This document shows, piece by piece, positions 63,974-64,000 of a stretch of DNA of 64,000 nt. The notes under the pieces are model-generated. The model searched no databases. It was not told the DNA's origin and worked only from the letters and a program-made list of their open reading frames with translations. Made by a program: the position numbers and the translations under genes. Location of the stretch: NCBI GenBank assembly GCA_002269645.1, contig NIVC01000225.1, forward strand, positions 628,146 to 692,145, written 5' to 3'. How positions within the stretch are numbered: position 1 is the first letter of the stretch; every line of letters starts with the position of its first letter. Source of the stretch: Macrostomum lignano (Eukaryota).

Positions 63974-64000
63974 GACTATCAAATACAGTATGTCGTCACC

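Overview
Eukaryotic (invertebrate animal) genomic DNA, not prokaryotic. It has spliceosomal GT-AG introns, GC-rich exons, AT-rich intergenic DNA and roughly 24-25 kb (~38%) of tandem repeats from about 20 different unit families. The overall style resembles free-living flatworm assemblies such as Macrostomum, but this cannot be confirmed from the window. Six host genes were reconstructed by hand: (1) a small secreted single-EGF peptide gene (2919-4821,+); (2) ZNF598/Hel2 RING E3 ligase with 5 coding exons (16788-22301,+); (3) an unidentified Pro-rich protein gene with an apparent 1-nt frameshift (25254-29749,+); (4) an intronless prominin-like 5-TM gene (43425-46244,+); (5) a secreted PAN/apple + C-type lectin gene interrupted by an in-frame TGA at a conserved Trp position and surrounded by paralog fragments (58475-59239,+); (6) an MRH-domain M6P-receptor/ATG27-like gene with frameshift(s) (63973-60197,-). 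Mobile DNA comprises a decayed Ty3/Gypsy pol, a foldback element, a Crypton/DUF3504-like remnant, hAT-like and TTAA-targeting (Kolobok-like) non-autonomous elements, two tRNA-headed CORE-like SINEs and two copies of an (ATCT)n-tailed element. Nearly all long ORFs in the supplied track between 25 and 64 kb are artefacts of tandem repeats. No CRISPR array, rRNA or true tRNA was found. No clear multi-gene novel system was found. The best leads are the EGF peptide, the TGA-interrupted lectin cluster, the head-to-head minisatellite palindrome, the microsatellite-seeding element and the recurring 1-nt frameshifts, which are most likely assembly errors.
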